From assembly GCA_002167285.1 (NCBI GenBank), contig NHDG01000062.1, positions 804 through 64,803 of the forward strand: DNA of 64,000 bases, given 5' to 3'. Shown one piece after another: positions 37,208 through 47,431 of the stretch. The stretch's first letter is position 1. Each line of letters begins with the position of its first letter. The stretch is from Planctomycetia bacterium TMED53. Lineage in GTDB: Bacteria > Planctomycetota > UBA8108 > UBA1146. A program made the position numbers and the translations under genes. The notes under the pieces are model-generated. The model did not search any database and was not told the origin of the DNA. It worked only from the letters and a program-made list of their open reading frames with translations.

Positions 37208-38626
37208 GTGGCTTTGACAGTCAACGAAATCCTGGAACTTGTCAGAAACAAAGGGATCGAGGCGGTAGATTTCCGCTTCATGGATTTCCCAGGACTCTGG
37301 CAACATTTTACGATTCCTGCATCCGGATTGGATGAAGGTACGTTCACAGACGGTTTGGGTTTCGACGGTTCGAGTATGCGTGGCTGGAAAGGCATCGAAG
37401 AGAGTGACATGCTCGTCGTGCCCGATCCAACTACTGGATGGATCGATCCGTTTCCTAAAATGAAAACTCTCGTCCTCGTGTGTGATATCAAAGATCCGAT
37501 TACGCATGAAAGTTACTCCCGTGATCCGCGAAACATTGCACGCAAAGCCGAGGCTTACTTGCAAAACTCCGGCTTGGGTGATCAGGCGTTTTTCGGTCCT
37601 GAGGCAGAGTTCTTCATCTTTGATGACATCCGCTTTGACCAAAACGAGCACAGTGGGTTCTATTTCCTCGACAGTGTCGAGGGACGTTGGAACACCGGCC
37701 GTGACGAAGGCCCCAACTTGGGTTACAAGCCGCGCTACAAGGAAGGCTACTTCCCGGTACCGCCGACCGACAAGCATCATGATCTTCGTAATGAGATGAT
37801 GAAGAACCTCATCGATTGTGGTCTCGACATCGAATGTCAGCATCATGAGGTGGCTACCGCAGGTCAGGCTGAAATCGACATCAAGTTCAATACCCTCTTG
37901 ACTGCTGCAGACCAATTGATGGCATACAAGTACATCGTCAAGAACACCGCCCACCAGAATGGCAAGACGGTCACCTTCATGCCGAAGCCGGTTTGGAATG
38001 ACAACGGCAGCGGCATGCACATTCACTTGTCGATCTGGAAAAATGGCGCAAATCAGTTCTCAGGGGACGGATATGCCGGGATGAGTGAAATGGCTCTGCA
38101 CGCCATCGGGGGAATCCTCCAGCATGCTCCCGCGCTCGTTGCGCTGACGAATCCGACCACAAACTCTTACAAGCGTCTCGTGCCAGGCTTCGAGGCTCCA
38201 ACTCGCCTTGCATATTCTTCACGCAATCGATCGGCAGCTGTCCGAATTCCTGTGGGTGCTTCCAATCCGGTTGCGCGCCGTTTCGAATTCCGTTGTCCTG
38301 ATCCGTCCTGCAATCCATACCTTGCATTCTCTGCGTTGTTGATGGCTGCCATGGACGGCATCAAGAACAAGATCGATCCGGGCTTGCCTTTCGACAAAGA
38401 TCTTTACGATCTCCCGGCGGAGCAGCTCGCAGAAGTTCCGAGTACTCCAGGATCGCTTGGAGAAGCTCTCGATTGTCTTGAGAGAGATCATGAGTTCCTT
38501 CTCGCCGGTGATGTTTTCACCGCTGATGCCGTGGCCTCTTGGATCTCTTACAAAAGGGAGAGGGAAGTGGATCAGTTGCGTCTGCGTCCCCACCCCTATG
38601 AGTTCGCACTCTACTACGACATCTAG
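37208..38626 (+). CDS. glnA: Glutamine synthetase type I
   Basis: [61 protein letters not shown], adenylylation-type DLY, PHPYEF.LYYD. Confidence 0.98.
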   Translation: MALTVNEILELVRNKGIEAVDFRFMDFPGLWQHFTIPASGLDEGTFTDGLGFDGSSMRGWKGIEESDMLVVPDPTTGWIDPFPKMKTLVLVCDIKDPITHESYSRDPRNIARKAEAYLQNSGLGDQAFFGPEAEFFIFDDIRFDQNEHSGFYFLDSVEGRWNTGRDEGPNLGYKPRYKEGYFPVPPTDKHHDLRNEMMKNLIDCGLDIECQHHEVATAGQAEIDIKFNTLLTAADQLMAYKYIVKNTAHQNGKTVTFMPKPVWNDNGSGMHIHLSIWKNGANQFSGDGYAGMSEMALHAIGGILQHAPALVALTNPTTNSYKRLVPGFEAPTRLAYSSRNRSAAVRIPVGASNPVARRFEFRCPDPSCNPYLAFSALLMAAMDGIKNKIDPGLPFDKDLYDLPAEQLAEVPSTPGSLGEALDCLERDHEFLLAGDVFTADAVASWISYKREREVDQLRLRPHPYEFALYYDI

Positions 38627-38633
38627 CCTGTCC

Positions 38634-38679
38634 GGTCAGCCGGCGGACGGGTTTCAAAACCCGTCCGCCGGAGTTGACC
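38634..38679. terminator. Long hairpin after glnA (terminator/stabiliser, no U-tract)
   Basis: 15-nt perfect inverted-repeat arms CCGGCGGACGGGTTT / AAACCCGTCCGCCGG, plus an outer GGTCAG/TTGACC stem. Confidence 0.7.
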
Positions 38680-38711
38680 AGACTCCAGCCGAAAAGACTC
38701 CAGTCCAAAAG

Positions 38712-39509
38712 ATGGAGTCTCTCCATCGATGGCTCCATGAGAACTCGCCAGTGGCCGTCGCCCTCTCCGGGGGAGTCGATTCAGCACTCCTGACTTGCAT
38801 TGCATTTGAAGTTCTCGGCGAGAATGCCGTCGCAGTCACAGGCATCTCTCCCAGTTTGTCGAGTCAAGAGTTGGACTCGGCACGACAACTGACGCGACAG
38901 GTAGGCATTCGTCATCTCGAGCTGGAAACTCACGAGCTCTCCAGGGCTGAGTACCGGGAGAATTCAGGGGATCGCTGCTATCACTGCAAATCAGAATTAT
39001 TCGACGTGATTCTTCAGGCTCCGGCCTTGGAAGGTTTCACGGCTGTCGATGGGACCCAGGCCTCCGACCAGTTGGATGATCGTCCAGGGGCGATCGCCGC
39101 TTCAGAGCGAGGTGTTTATAGCCCCTTGCGTGACTTTGGTTTCAATAAAGAGCTGATTCGAAACCTTGCCCGTGAACGCAATCTGGCAAGCCATGATCGT
39201 CCCGCGCGTCCTTGCCTGGCGAGCAGGATTCCGGTGGGGACCCGAGTCGATGCCGATTTGTTGCGCAGGATTGAAGTCCTCGAATCGGTTCTCTCTGGAG
39301 AGGGATTCTCCGTCTACCGCGCACGCTGTGAAGAGCAGAGGCTGGTGGTCGAAATCGCTGTGGAGGAGCTGGAATCAAAGTCGGATTGCGCCTGGCGAAA
39401 CCGGCTTGACGCGATTGCACGCCAACAGGGTTTCAAGGAGAGGCTTGTCGATTTGAGGGGTTACGGAGGGGCTGGTGAGCCTCGACTGGAGCCGTTGGTA
39501 GGAAACTAA
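38712..39509 (+). CDS. larE: LarE-like ATP-dependent sulfur transferase (TIGR00268 type)
   Basis: ALSGGVDS PP-loop, RCYHCK, DGT..D..D.RPG, RPCLASRIP.G. Start moved to ATG 38712. Confidence 0.85.
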   Translation: MESLHRWLHENSPVAVALSGGVDSALLTCIAFEVLGENAVAVTGISPSLSSQELDSARQLTRQVGIRHLELETHELSRAEYRENSGDRCYHCKSELFDVILQAPALEGFTAVDGTQASDQLDDRPGAIAASERGVYSPLRDFGFNKELIRNLARERNLASHDRPARPCLASRIPVGTRVDADLLRRIEVLESVLSGEGFSVYRARCEEQRLVVEIAVEELESKSDCAWRNRLDAIARQQGFKERLVDLRGYGGAGEPRLEPLVGN

Positions 39510-39510
39510 C

Positions 39511-40935
39511 ATGTGGGCAGAGCTGCTCCAGATTCTTCTCTCGATATTGCTCATTCTCATTGGCCTTCATCGCACGATACTTTTATGGGAAAGCCGTTAT
39601 CGACCCCTCTCTATTTCACCGGATCCTGCTGACAATGCTTTGGAACTTGAGTCTTCATTGCCGGTGCTCATTCAGATTCCAGTTTTCAATGACTCCGACG
39701 CTTTAGTCGGAATGTTACCGCAACTGCCACAGTTCAATGCTTCAAGGTTTAAATTTGAAATCCAAATTTTGGATGATTCCGATGATGGCAGTGCGCCACA
39801 AAATCGTTCTGCAGTAGAGCAGTTGGCTTTGACTGGATTACCGATTCGTTATATCCATCGGGATCGTCGAAAGGGATATAAAGCGGGAGCTCTCGCTGAA
39901 GGTTTGGCGCTCTCTGAAGCGCAATTCATCGCCATCTTCGATGTCGACTTTCAGATTCCAGCAGATTTTCTCAGCCGAACCTTACACCACTTTTCCGATC
40001 CTCAGATCGGTTGGGTCCAGTGCCGCTGGGGGTTTACCAACCGAAATCACAACTGGTTGACCCGTGCCCAGGCGAGGCTCCTCGATGGGCACTTCAGAGT
40101 TGAGCATCGTGCCCGCGCTGCAGCGGGTCGGTTTTTCAACTTTAATGGCACTGCTGGAATCTGGCGCCGACAAGCCATCGAGGATGCGGGTGGCTGGAAC
40201 GGTGACACCATCGTCGAAGATACCGATCTGTCACTGCGTGCATGGAACAGGGGGTGGAGGGCTGTCTATCGCGACGACATCGTTTGTTGCGGCTTGCTGC
40301 CTGATCACTTTTCAGCATTCAGAACTCAGCAGCGCCGTTGGTTTGCCGGAGGAATGCAGCTGAGTTTGCGTGAAATCACCGGGGCCGGCGCCGTCGATTC
40401 GACAAAACTCAGTTTGTTGGAGCGATTCGATCTGTCCGCTCGATTTTTTGCTCCACTGGGGAGCATAGTGGTGGTGTTGTTGACGCTTTGGGCGCCATTA
40501 AGGCGGATATTTCCGCAGTTTCTCGGACCTGATCCATGGGTATTCAAGTGGTTGGGGACTCCACACTTTGAAGGAATTTTTCTCTTCTTTGCATGTCTCA
40601 GTCTCATCCTCTACTACTCAGCAACGGGGGGTGGGCTGCTGGCTCGTTTGTGGGAGTCGCTCTTGGTTCTGATCCTCGGGACAGGGTTCGCCCTTTACGC
40701 CGCGATCTCCTGCTGTGCCGGCCTTCTTGGACAGGTCACCACCTTTGAAAGAACTCCCAAGGCGAGATCCTCAACCGGGGGGCGTGGGGTCACCGGTTGG
40801 GAGATTTTGTGGGCGCCTCTCCTTTTGCTGTTGTGGGGAGGCGCGTATCAGTCAGGTGCTTGGTCGGTGCTGCCTTTGGTGTCGATGAGCCTGGTGGGTT
40901 TGCTGTGGAGTTTTAGCGGAAAATCTGCTTCGTAG
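39511..40935 (+). CDS. Processive GT2 glycosyltransferase (cellulose-synthase-like)
   Basis: LDDSDD, KAGAL, IFDVD, FNGTAG, VEDTD, QQRRW, with TM helices at both ends. Confidence 0.9.
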   Translation: MWAELLQILLSILLILIGLHRTILLWESRYRPLSISPDPADNALELESSLPVLIQIPVFNDSDALVGMLPQLPQFNASRFKFEIQILDDSDDGSAPQNRSAVEQLALTGLPIRYIHRDRRKGYKAGALAEGLALSEAQFIAIFDVDFQIPADFLSRTLHHFSDPQIGWVQCRWGFTNRNHNWLTRAQARLLDGHFRVEHRARAAAGRFFNFNGTAGIWRRQAIEDAGGWNGDTIVEDTDLSLRAWNRGWRAVYRDDIVCCGLLPDHFSAFRTQQRRWFAGGMQLSLREITGAGAVDSTKLSLLERFDLSARFFAPLGSIVVVLLTLWAPLRRIFPQFLGPDPWVFKWLGTPHFEGIFLFFACLSLILYYSATGGGLLARLWESLLVLILGTGFALYAAISCCAGLLGQVTTFERTPKARSSTGGRGVTGWEILWAPLLLLLWGGAYQSGAWSVLPLVSMSLVGLLWSFSGKSAS

Positions 40936-41051
40936 TCGGGCTAGTACGACTTTCCAAATCTTGTTCACTTTGTTCCTCTTGCTGGAACCGGAGTGATTCC
41001 TTAGTTTGAATCCATGAATGGGATGATTTGTATCGAACTGGAGGCCTTCGA

Positions 41052-41747
41052 TTGAGCAGGATCTTAACGCTAGATGGACCTGCAGGATGTGGCAAGAGCA
41101 CCGTCTCGCGCTTAATCGCGAGAAGTTTGGGTGGCCGCATGTTTTCAAGTGGCCGAATCTACCGAACCTTGACTTGGCTCGGCCTTGAGAAGGATATCGA
41201 TTTTACCGATGCAGAAGTGGTCGCTCGCCTCGCCCTCGATCACTCACTCTCCATCGTCGCCCCGGGATCTGATTTCAAGGTTCTCGTCGATGGGAATGAT
41301 CCCGGAGATGTGTTGGATTCGACTAGGGTGACAGGAAGCATTCACTACATCTCGGGTAATGCCGCTTTACGCCAAAGCGTCCTCCCATTGCAGAGGAGTA
41401 TTCCCCAGGATTTACCAGTGGTCGCAGAGGGACGTGACATGGGAACCGTGGTTTTCCCCGATGCCCCCGTAAAGGTGTTTCTCACCGCGAGTTCCCATCA
41501 GCGAGCAGTACGTCGTCATGCGGAGTTGCGCCAGCGTCTCTCTGAAGATTTGCCCTTCGAGGAGGTTCTTCAGCAAGTTGAGCAACGTGATGCAAGGGAC
41601 CGGGAGAGGGACGTCTCACAGATGCGACCCGCTGAGGGTGCATGCATCGTCGATTCTACCGAAATGTCCATCGAGGAAGTTGTAGCCACGGTGCTTGAAA
41701 GGATTCCCGCAGATTGGATCCCGGAAACCGACTCTTCTACCGAGTAA
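41052..41747 (+). CDS. cmk: Cytidylate kinase
   Basis: LDGPAGCGKST, SSGRIYR, AEGRDMGTVVFPDA.VKVFLTAS, RD.RD. Confidence 0.95.
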   Translation: MSRILTLDGPAGCGKSTVSRLIARSLGGRMFSSGRIYRTLTWLGLEKDIDFTDAEVVARLALDHSLSIVAPGSDFKVLVDGNDPGDVLDSTRVTGSIHYISGNAALRQSVLPLQRSIPQDLPVVAEGRDMGTVVFPDAPVKVFLTASSHQRAVRRHAELRQRLSEDLPFEEVLQQVEQRDARDRERDVSQMRPAEGACIVDSTEMSIEEVVATVLERIPADWIPETDSSTE

Positions 41748-42340
41748 TCCGTGCCATCGCATGGTTGATTTGTAAGACCCTATTTCGGCATCGAGTCGAG
41801 GGTCACGAACTCCTGCCCCGTTCGGGCCCGTTTTTGCTCGCGGTGAATCACGCCAGTAATCTCGATCCAGTTCTTGCCGGAATTTCGATGCATCGCCCGC
41901 TCGCATTCATGGCAAGAAGTTCGCTTTTTAAACCTGCTCCTATCGGCTGGTTCCTAAGCCAGCTGAATGCTCTGCCCCTTGAGCGGGAGGGGGTGGGAAT
42001 TGCAGGCTTTCGTGCCGTGAAGGCCCACTTGGATGGTGGAGGAGCTGCCCTCGTCTTCCCAGAGGGGACTCGTAGTGCCGACGGGAAATTGCGTCGCTTC
42101 AAGGGGGGAATCGTCCGATTGGCCAAGATGGCTCAGGTTCCGGTGGTCCCGGCTTACATTTCCGGTAGTTCTCGGGCATTTGGCCGCGGAAAGTGGCTTC
42201 CGCGCCCATATCGCACCCAGATCTCCTTCGGAGAATGCATCGACAAAGAGGTGTTCTCAGAGGAAGATAACGGGTTGGAAGTCTTGCGCAGGGCCATGGT
42301 GGAGTTGATCCCCGAAGGGGAACCCTCTCCCGAAGAGTGA
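41714..42340 (+). CDS. plsC: 1-acyl-sn-glycerol-3-phosphate acyltransferase
   Basis: NHASNLD, FPEGTRS, G..RLA...VPVVP. Confidence 0.9.
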   Translation: MDPGNRLFYRVIRAIAWLICKTLFRHRVEGHELLPRSGPFLLAVNHASNLDPVLAGISMHRPLAFMARSSLFKPAPIGWFLSQLNALPLEREGVGIAGFRAVKAHLDGGGAALVFPEGTRSADGKLRRFKGGIVRLAKMAQVPVVPAYISGSSRAFGRGKWLPRPYRTQISFGECIDKEVFSEEDNGLEVLRRAMVELIPEGEPSPEE

Positions 42341-42502
42341 TTCCTGCATCGATTTCAAAATCTGAAATTCCTTTCAGGGATCTGCGACGGTCGTAGATCT
42401 TGGGGAAGTTCAGCGAACCAGGATACGTGTGCCGCCGTTTCAGGATCCGGAGGTCGGATCTGCGCGGTAACGATCCGTGACCCACTGAAGGGGCCTTTTT
42501 CC

Positions 42503-44431
42503 ATGGCCAAACCAGAACTGCTCAAGCAGTTTGATCTCCGGGGAGAATCCCTGGATGACAAAGTCAACGATTACCTCCAGGGCGACTCCATCGATAAAGT
42601 CGATGAGATTCTTCGCGATTCGGTCATCGATTTTGAAGAAGAAAAAATTATCCAAGGCAAAGTGGTGAGCATTTCCGATGACTGGGTCATCGTCGATGTC
42701 GGCTACAAAGCCGAGGGTGAAGTTCCGAAGAGCCACTTTGAAGGTGCAGAGATCTCCGTTGGCGATACCGTCGATGTGTTGATCGAGGAAGTCGATGAAG
42801 AAGACGGCCGCATCATGCTTTCCAAGCGTAAGGCGGACCGCATCAAGGGCTGGGAACAAGTTGTCGATACCCACAATGAGGGAGATGTGGTCACTGGCCG
42901 TGTTCTCCGCAAGATCAAGGGTGGCTTGTTGATCGACATCGGCGTTCCCGTATTCCTGCCCGCTTCACAGATCGCAATCCGCAGGGTCGGAGATGTGTCT
43001 GAGTTTGTTGGTAAGGATCTGGAGTGCAAGATCATCAAAATCGACGAACCTCGTATGAACATCGTCGTCAGCCGTCGCAAGCTTCTCGAGGAGCGTCGTG
43101 ATGAGCTGAAGTCAAACTTGATGACTGAAATCGAACTGGATCAGGTTCGTAAGGGGATCGTCAAAAACATCACCGATTTCGGCGCATTCGTCGATTTGGG
43201 TGGAATCGACGGTCTGCTTCACATTACGGATATGTCTTGGGGCAGAATCAATCACCCCAATGAGATTCTCACCGTCGAACAAGAGATCGATGTCAAAGTC
43301 CTCAAGGTCGACAAGGATCGCGAGCGCATCTCTCTGGGACTCAAGCAAACACAACCGAGCCCCTGGGATGACATCGAGGCACGTTTCCCGATCGGAGCAA
43401 AAATCTCCGGCAAAGTGGTCAACGTTCTTTCCTACGGTGCGTTCATCGAGTTGGAAGAGGGGATCGAAGGTTTGGTCCACGTCTCAGAGATGTCATGGAC
43501 CCGCAGAATCTCCAATCCACGCGAGGTAGTTGAGGAGAATCAAGAGGTCGATGTCGTCGTTCTCGAGATCAAGAAGGACAAACAAGAGATCAGCCTGGGC
43601 ATGAAGCAGGTGGAAGTGAACCCCTGGGAAATCGTTGCTCAGAAGTACCCTGTTGGTCACTACATCAGCGGTAAGGTTCGCAACCTCACCAATTACGGCG
43701 CATTCGTCGAGTTGGAGGATGGAATCGATGGACTGTTGCACGTCAGCGACATGTCATGGACCCGCAAGATCATTCACCCCTCCGAGAAATTGGAAAAGGG
43801 TCAGGAAGTTCATGCGGTGGTCCTCGAGATCGACCAGGAGCGTAAACGAATTGCCTTGGGTCTGAAGCAGATGGAAGAGGACCCTTGGGTTCGCGACATC
43901 CCAGATACCTATGCCATCGGAACGGTGGTACGGGGAACCGTCACCAAGACGACAAACTTCGGAGCTTTCGTCCAAATGGAGGACGATCTCGAGGGGCTGT
44001 TGCACATCTCCGAACTTTCGGGAGATAAGATTGAGAGCCCAGAGGAAGTCGTTTCGATCGGACAAGTGGTCGATGTCAAAGTGATTCGCGTCGATGATGA
44101 GAATCGCAAGATCGGTTTGAGTTTGAAAGAGGTGACCGAAGAGGAGAGTGCTCAGCTCGCTGCTCTCTATGCTGAGGCTGCCGAAGGGGAATCTCCGACA
44201 ACGGTGGGATCGGTCCCAGAAAACATTCCGGACGAGGTCCCCGATATCGAGGATCACACTGATGAAACGCCGGTCGCTGAAGAAGTTGCCGAAGTTTCAG
44301 AGGGTGGAGAAGCCTCAGAGATGGAGGCGTCCGCCGAGGCTGACCCAGCTCCCGAAGCTGAGTCGGAAACCGAAGCGGCAGAAGGTGATACGGATACGGG
44401 TGATGCAGAAGAGTCCGAGAACAAGGAGTAA
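42503..44431 (+). CDS. rpsA: 30S ribosomal protein bS1 with acidic C-terminal tail
   Basis: Six S1 repeats (DVGYKAEG, FGAFVDLGGIDGLLHITD, YGAFIELEEGIEGLVHVSE and others). Confidence 0.97.
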   Translation: MAKPELLKQFDLRGESLDDKVNDYLQGDSIDKVDEILRDSVIDFEEEKIIQGKVVSISDDWVIVDVGYKAEGEVPKSHFEGAEISVGDTVDVLIEEVDEEDGRIMLSKRKADRIKGWEQVVDTHNEGDVVTGRVLRKIKGGLLIDIGVPVFLPASQIAIRRVGDVSEFVGKDLECKIIKIDEPRMNIVVSRRKLLEERRDELKSNLMTEIELDQVRKGIVKNITDFGAFVDLGGIDGLLHITDMSWGRINHPNEILTVEQEIDVKVLKVDKDRERISLGLKQTQPSPWDDIEARFPIGAKISGKVVNVLSYGAFIELEEGIEGLVHVSEMSWTRRISNPREVVEENQEVDVVVLEIKKDKQEISLGMKQVEVNPWEIVAQKYPVGHYISGKVRNLTNYGAFVELEDGIDGLLHVSDMSWTRKIIHPSEKLEKGQEVHAVVLEIDQERKRIALGLKQMEEDPWVRDIPDTYAIGTVVRGTVTKTTNFGAFVQMEDDLEGLLHISELSGDKIESPEEVVSIGQVVDVKVIRVDDENRKIGLSLKEVTEEESAQLAALYAEAAEGESPTTVGSVPENIPDEVPDIEDHTDETPVAEEVAEVSEGGEASEMEASAEADPAPEAESETEAAEGDTDTGDAEESENKE

Positions 44432-44441
44432 TTCTGTTCCA

Positions 44442-45566
44442 GTGAGCAGGATCGTTGAACATTGCGAGGAGAGTCGGGGGATCCCGGCTCTCCTCGTGAT
44501 CGTTTCTGCTCTGCTTCTGGGGATTATCTGCATTTGGGTGAACCCCTCCGAAGTGGTCGCTGATAATTCATTGGATGATCCCGCTGTTTTGAAGTTTCTC
44601 GAGGGAAGATATCGAGAAGCCATCTCCGCCTACAGAGATGGACAGTTTGAAAAGGCTTGGAAGATTTCCGAGGCGATTCTCATCCTTGCTCCCACTAATT
44701 TTCACCAATTTGATCAGGTCAATGCATTGCGTCGACGTGCGCACGGTCGTTATCTCAGCCAAAGCACGGTGGCGGTGAGGTTTTCCATCGCCGATGAACC
44801 GGGTGGTGAAGGTGAAGAAGCAGCGCTGAACGACGGTCCATCTGACGATTCCACCGATTCGAACCGGGGGCCTGATTTTCCTCGGGCTTTTCTGACAGGC
44901 ATCGTTCTGTTGGAAAATTTATCGGATAAGCCGATTCAATTTGGTACCGGAGCAACTGAAGAAGACATCCTTGGACAGGTCGTTTGGAGTGTCAAAGACG
45001 TTTATCTCGATGGAACAGAACGGGTCATGTCGGATACACGAGTGATTCGCCTTGAGGGAGGATTCCGGGTTGAACCGGGGGAGAGTCGAGGGATCCCTGT
45101 GCAGCTGCCGCTGCCGATTTCCCGCTCTCGGCCTGTTTTACAAGATTGGATCGTGACAGGGAGCACCCGACCTTTGAAGATCTCGACTCCTGAGGGAGAG
45201 GTCACACGGGGGTTGCCATGGATCGAGGAGAGAGGCCGATTTGCCGCTCCAGAGTTGACACCTTCCTCCTTACCACCGAATGAGGCTTTACGTTGGGCAG
45301 CCGCCAATGGCGATGTCGCCGAGTTGGTGCTCGCCAGACATCGTTGGTTGGAACGACGCCGGGAAGTGCAAGCAGGGCCGGATTTGACAGATCCTCTGAT
45401 AGACGAGATAGTTTCACGTCTTGGAACTCACGAGGGTAAGCTGGACCACTTGCTCGTCGGAATCTTGGAAGAGATCACGGGACTGGTCAGGGAGCGTTCA
45501 GCACGGGCATGGAAAATATGGGGCCTCTCTCGGGATGTTCGCCGGGGGAGCGGCAAAGGGGAATAG
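44442..45566 (+). CDS. Membrane-anchored hypothetical protein with TPR-like helix
   Basis: TM IPALLVIVSALLLGIICIWV and YREAISAYRDGQFEKA. GTG start after the rpsA stop. Confidence 0.62.
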   Translation: MSRIVEHCEESRGIPALLVIVSALLLGIICIWVNPSEVVADNSLDDPAVLKFLEGRYREAISAYRDGQFEKAWKISEAILILAPTNFHQFDQVNALRRRAHGRYLSQSTVAVRFSIADEPGGEGEEAALNDGPSDDSTDSNRGPDFPRAFLTGIVLLENLSDKPIQFGTGATEEDILGQVVWSVKDVYLDGTERVMSDTRVIRLEGGFRVEPGESRGIPVQLPLPISRSRPVLQDWIVTGSTRPLKISTPEGEVTRGLPWIEERGRFAAPELTPSSLPPNEALRWAAANGDVAELVLARHRWLERRREVQAGPDLTDPLIDEIVSRLGTHEGKLDHLLVGILEEITGLVRERSARAWKIWGLSRDVRRGSGKGE

Positions 45567-45567
45567 C

Positions 45568-46785
45568 ATGGGCTTCACACCGGATGAATCCTTTGAAGAA
45601 GTGATTCGCGGCACGATCACCATCGATACCGTCGAGGAACTGCAAAAGAAGTGGCAAGCTTCACAATCCAAGAAGCAACCGTTGCGTATCAAGTTGGGTG
45701 TCGATCCGACCAATCCCCAATTGCATGTGGGGCACGCTGTACCCCTCAGAAAACTGCGACAATTTCAGGATGCGGGTCATCAGGCGGTTCTCATCATCGG
45801 AGATTACACCGCTTGTGTAGGTGATCCTTCCGGCCGTGACAAGACACGACCCACCCTGACCCATGATCAGGTCCGCGAAAATGCGGAGACATACCTTCAA
45901 CAAGCTTGGAAAATCCTCGACAAGGATCGTACGGAGTTGTGCTGGAATGGCGACTGGTTCAGGGAGATGTCATTTTTGGATGTCATTGCTCTCTGCGGAC
46001 GCACGACTGTGGCACGTCAGTTGGAGCGGGACGACTTCCAGAAGAGGTTCGGATCAAGCCTACCCATCAACCTTCACGAATTTATCTACCCACTGATGCA
46101 GGCGTGGGATTCGGTTCAGGTGAAAGCGGATGTGGAGTTGGGGGGGACCGATCAGACCTTTAATCTTCTGTTAGGGCGGGATTTAATGCGCCAGGAAGGT
46201 CTCGAGGCTCAAGTTTGCATGACTCTGCCATTGTTGGTGGGAACTGACGGCAGTCGCAAGATGTCGAAAACATATGGCAATTCCATCGGTATTACCGATT
46301 CTCCAGAGGAGATTTTTGGCAAGACGATGTCGATCCCGGATGAAGCGATGCGGGACTACTACACACTGGCAACAGATCTCAACCTGGCCGAAATCGAAGA
46401 GAAGCTTTCTGCGAGCCCCAGAGAATGTAAGGGCTTCCTCGCTCGTACCCTCGTGCGCCTCTACCACGGCGAGGTGGCCGCTGAAGCTGCCGAGCAACAC
46501 TTTGTTCAGGTCTTTTCAAAGGGTGGAGTCCCCGATGACATCGAGGAGTTCCATATCCCTGCAGATCTCTTCGAGGAAGACAAAGTTTGGATCGTCAAGC
46601 TCGTCGTCGAAGCCGGATTGACTCCGAGCAATAATGAGGCTCGGCGGAATGTTCAAGCGGGTGGAGTCAGGATTGACGATGTCAAGATCGAGGATCCGGA
46701 TGCAAGAGTGGAAGTGACCGATGGCATGATCCTCAGGGTCGGCAAACGCAAGTTCCGCAAGCTCTGTCTTGGCACTTCAGACTAG
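45568..46785 (+). CDS. tyrS: Tyrosine--tRNA ligase
   Basis: LGVDPT..LHVGH (HIGH), GGTDQTFN, KMSKT, C-terminal S4 domain. Confidence 0.96.
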   Translation: MGFTPDESFEEVIRGTITIDTVEELQKKWQASQSKKQPLRIKLGVDPTNPQLHVGHAVPLRKLRQFQDAGHQAVLIIGDYTACVGDPSGRDKTRPTLTHDQVRENAETYLQQAWKILDKDRTELCWNGDWFREMSFLDVIALCGRTTVARQLERDDFQKRFGSSLPINLHEFIYPLMQAWDSVQVKADVELGGTDQTFNLLLGRDLMRQEGLEAQVCMTLPLLVGTDGSRKMSKTYGNSIGITDSPEEIFGKTMSIPDEAMRDYYTLATDLNLAEIEEKLSASPRECKGFLARTLVRLYHGEVAAEAAEQHFVQVFSKGGVPDDIEEFHIPADLFEEDKVWIVKLVVEAGLTPSNNEARRNVQAGGVRIDDVKIEDPDARVEVTDGMILRVGKRKFRKLCLGTSD

Positions 46786-46789
46786 TTGC

Positions 46790-47431
46790 TCAACCGAACT
46801 GTAAATTACCCCTGACAAGGGCTGCCACTGCTTTCGGCAGGGCAATCTTTTCTGCCTCAAAAACGCGGGTGGCGAGTTTCTCGACATCGTCCTCAGGCAA
46901 GACGGGTACTTCTTCTTGCAAGATGATGGGCCCGCGATCGTATTCGTTATCGACGAAGTGTACCGTGCAGCCTGAATGGGAATCCCCTGCTTCGAGTACC
47001 CGGCGGTGCACCCGATCGCCGTAGCAACCTTTACCACCGTGTCGCGGAAGCAATGAGGGGTGAATATTGATCACCCTTTTTTCCCACGTAGAAGGAATCT
47101 CCAATTTTCTTAACCAGCCACCGAGAATCGCATATTGGCATCCTGCGGCTTCGAGAGATTCGAAGATCACTGCTGAATCTTGTGGGTCTCTACAGGAGTG
47201 AACCTCGGTGGGAATGCCGGCTTTCTTGGCTTTATCAATGCCGCCGATTCCAGCCTTGCTTGCGATGACGAGGGCAATACTGGCGGGGATTCCCTGAGCT
47301 TCGATTTGTTCGATGAGGTTTTCCAGAGTTCTACCACCTCCGGAAAGCAGGAACCCGACGGAGACCGTTGTGGTCTCCGTCGGGTTCAAGATTGGTTCTT
47401 CCAACGCTGGCATGTCAGCTCTAAAGGTCAT
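46790..47431 (-). CDS. purN: Phosphoribosylglycinamide formyltransferase
   Basis: LSGGGRTL, INIHPSLLP, SGCTVHFVD..YD.GPII.Q. Confidence 0.95.
   Translation of the reverse strand: MTFRADMPALEEPILNPTETTTVSVGFLLSGGGRTLENLIEQIEAQGIPASIALVIASKAGIGGIDKAKKAGIPTEVHSCRDPQDSAVIFESLEAAGCQYAILGGWLRKLEIPSTWEKRVINIHPSLLPRHGGKGCYGDRVHRRVLEAGDSHSGCTVHFVDNEYDRGPIILQEEVPVLPEDDVEKLATRVFEAEKIALPKAVAALVRGNLQFG

Noticed and set aside
37160-38026. 288-aa antisense ORF over glnA, and similar ones over rpsA, pilT, ino1 and dnaE (e.g. 52667-53662)
   Set aside because: These are shadow frames produced by codon bias of conserved genes. They have no motifs and are fully overlapped by confident CDSs.
42441-42462. Possible SRP (4.5S) RNA hairpin
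   Set aside because: It lacks the conserved CAGG...GGAA...AGCAG domain IV pattern and is better explained as part of the rpsA leader.
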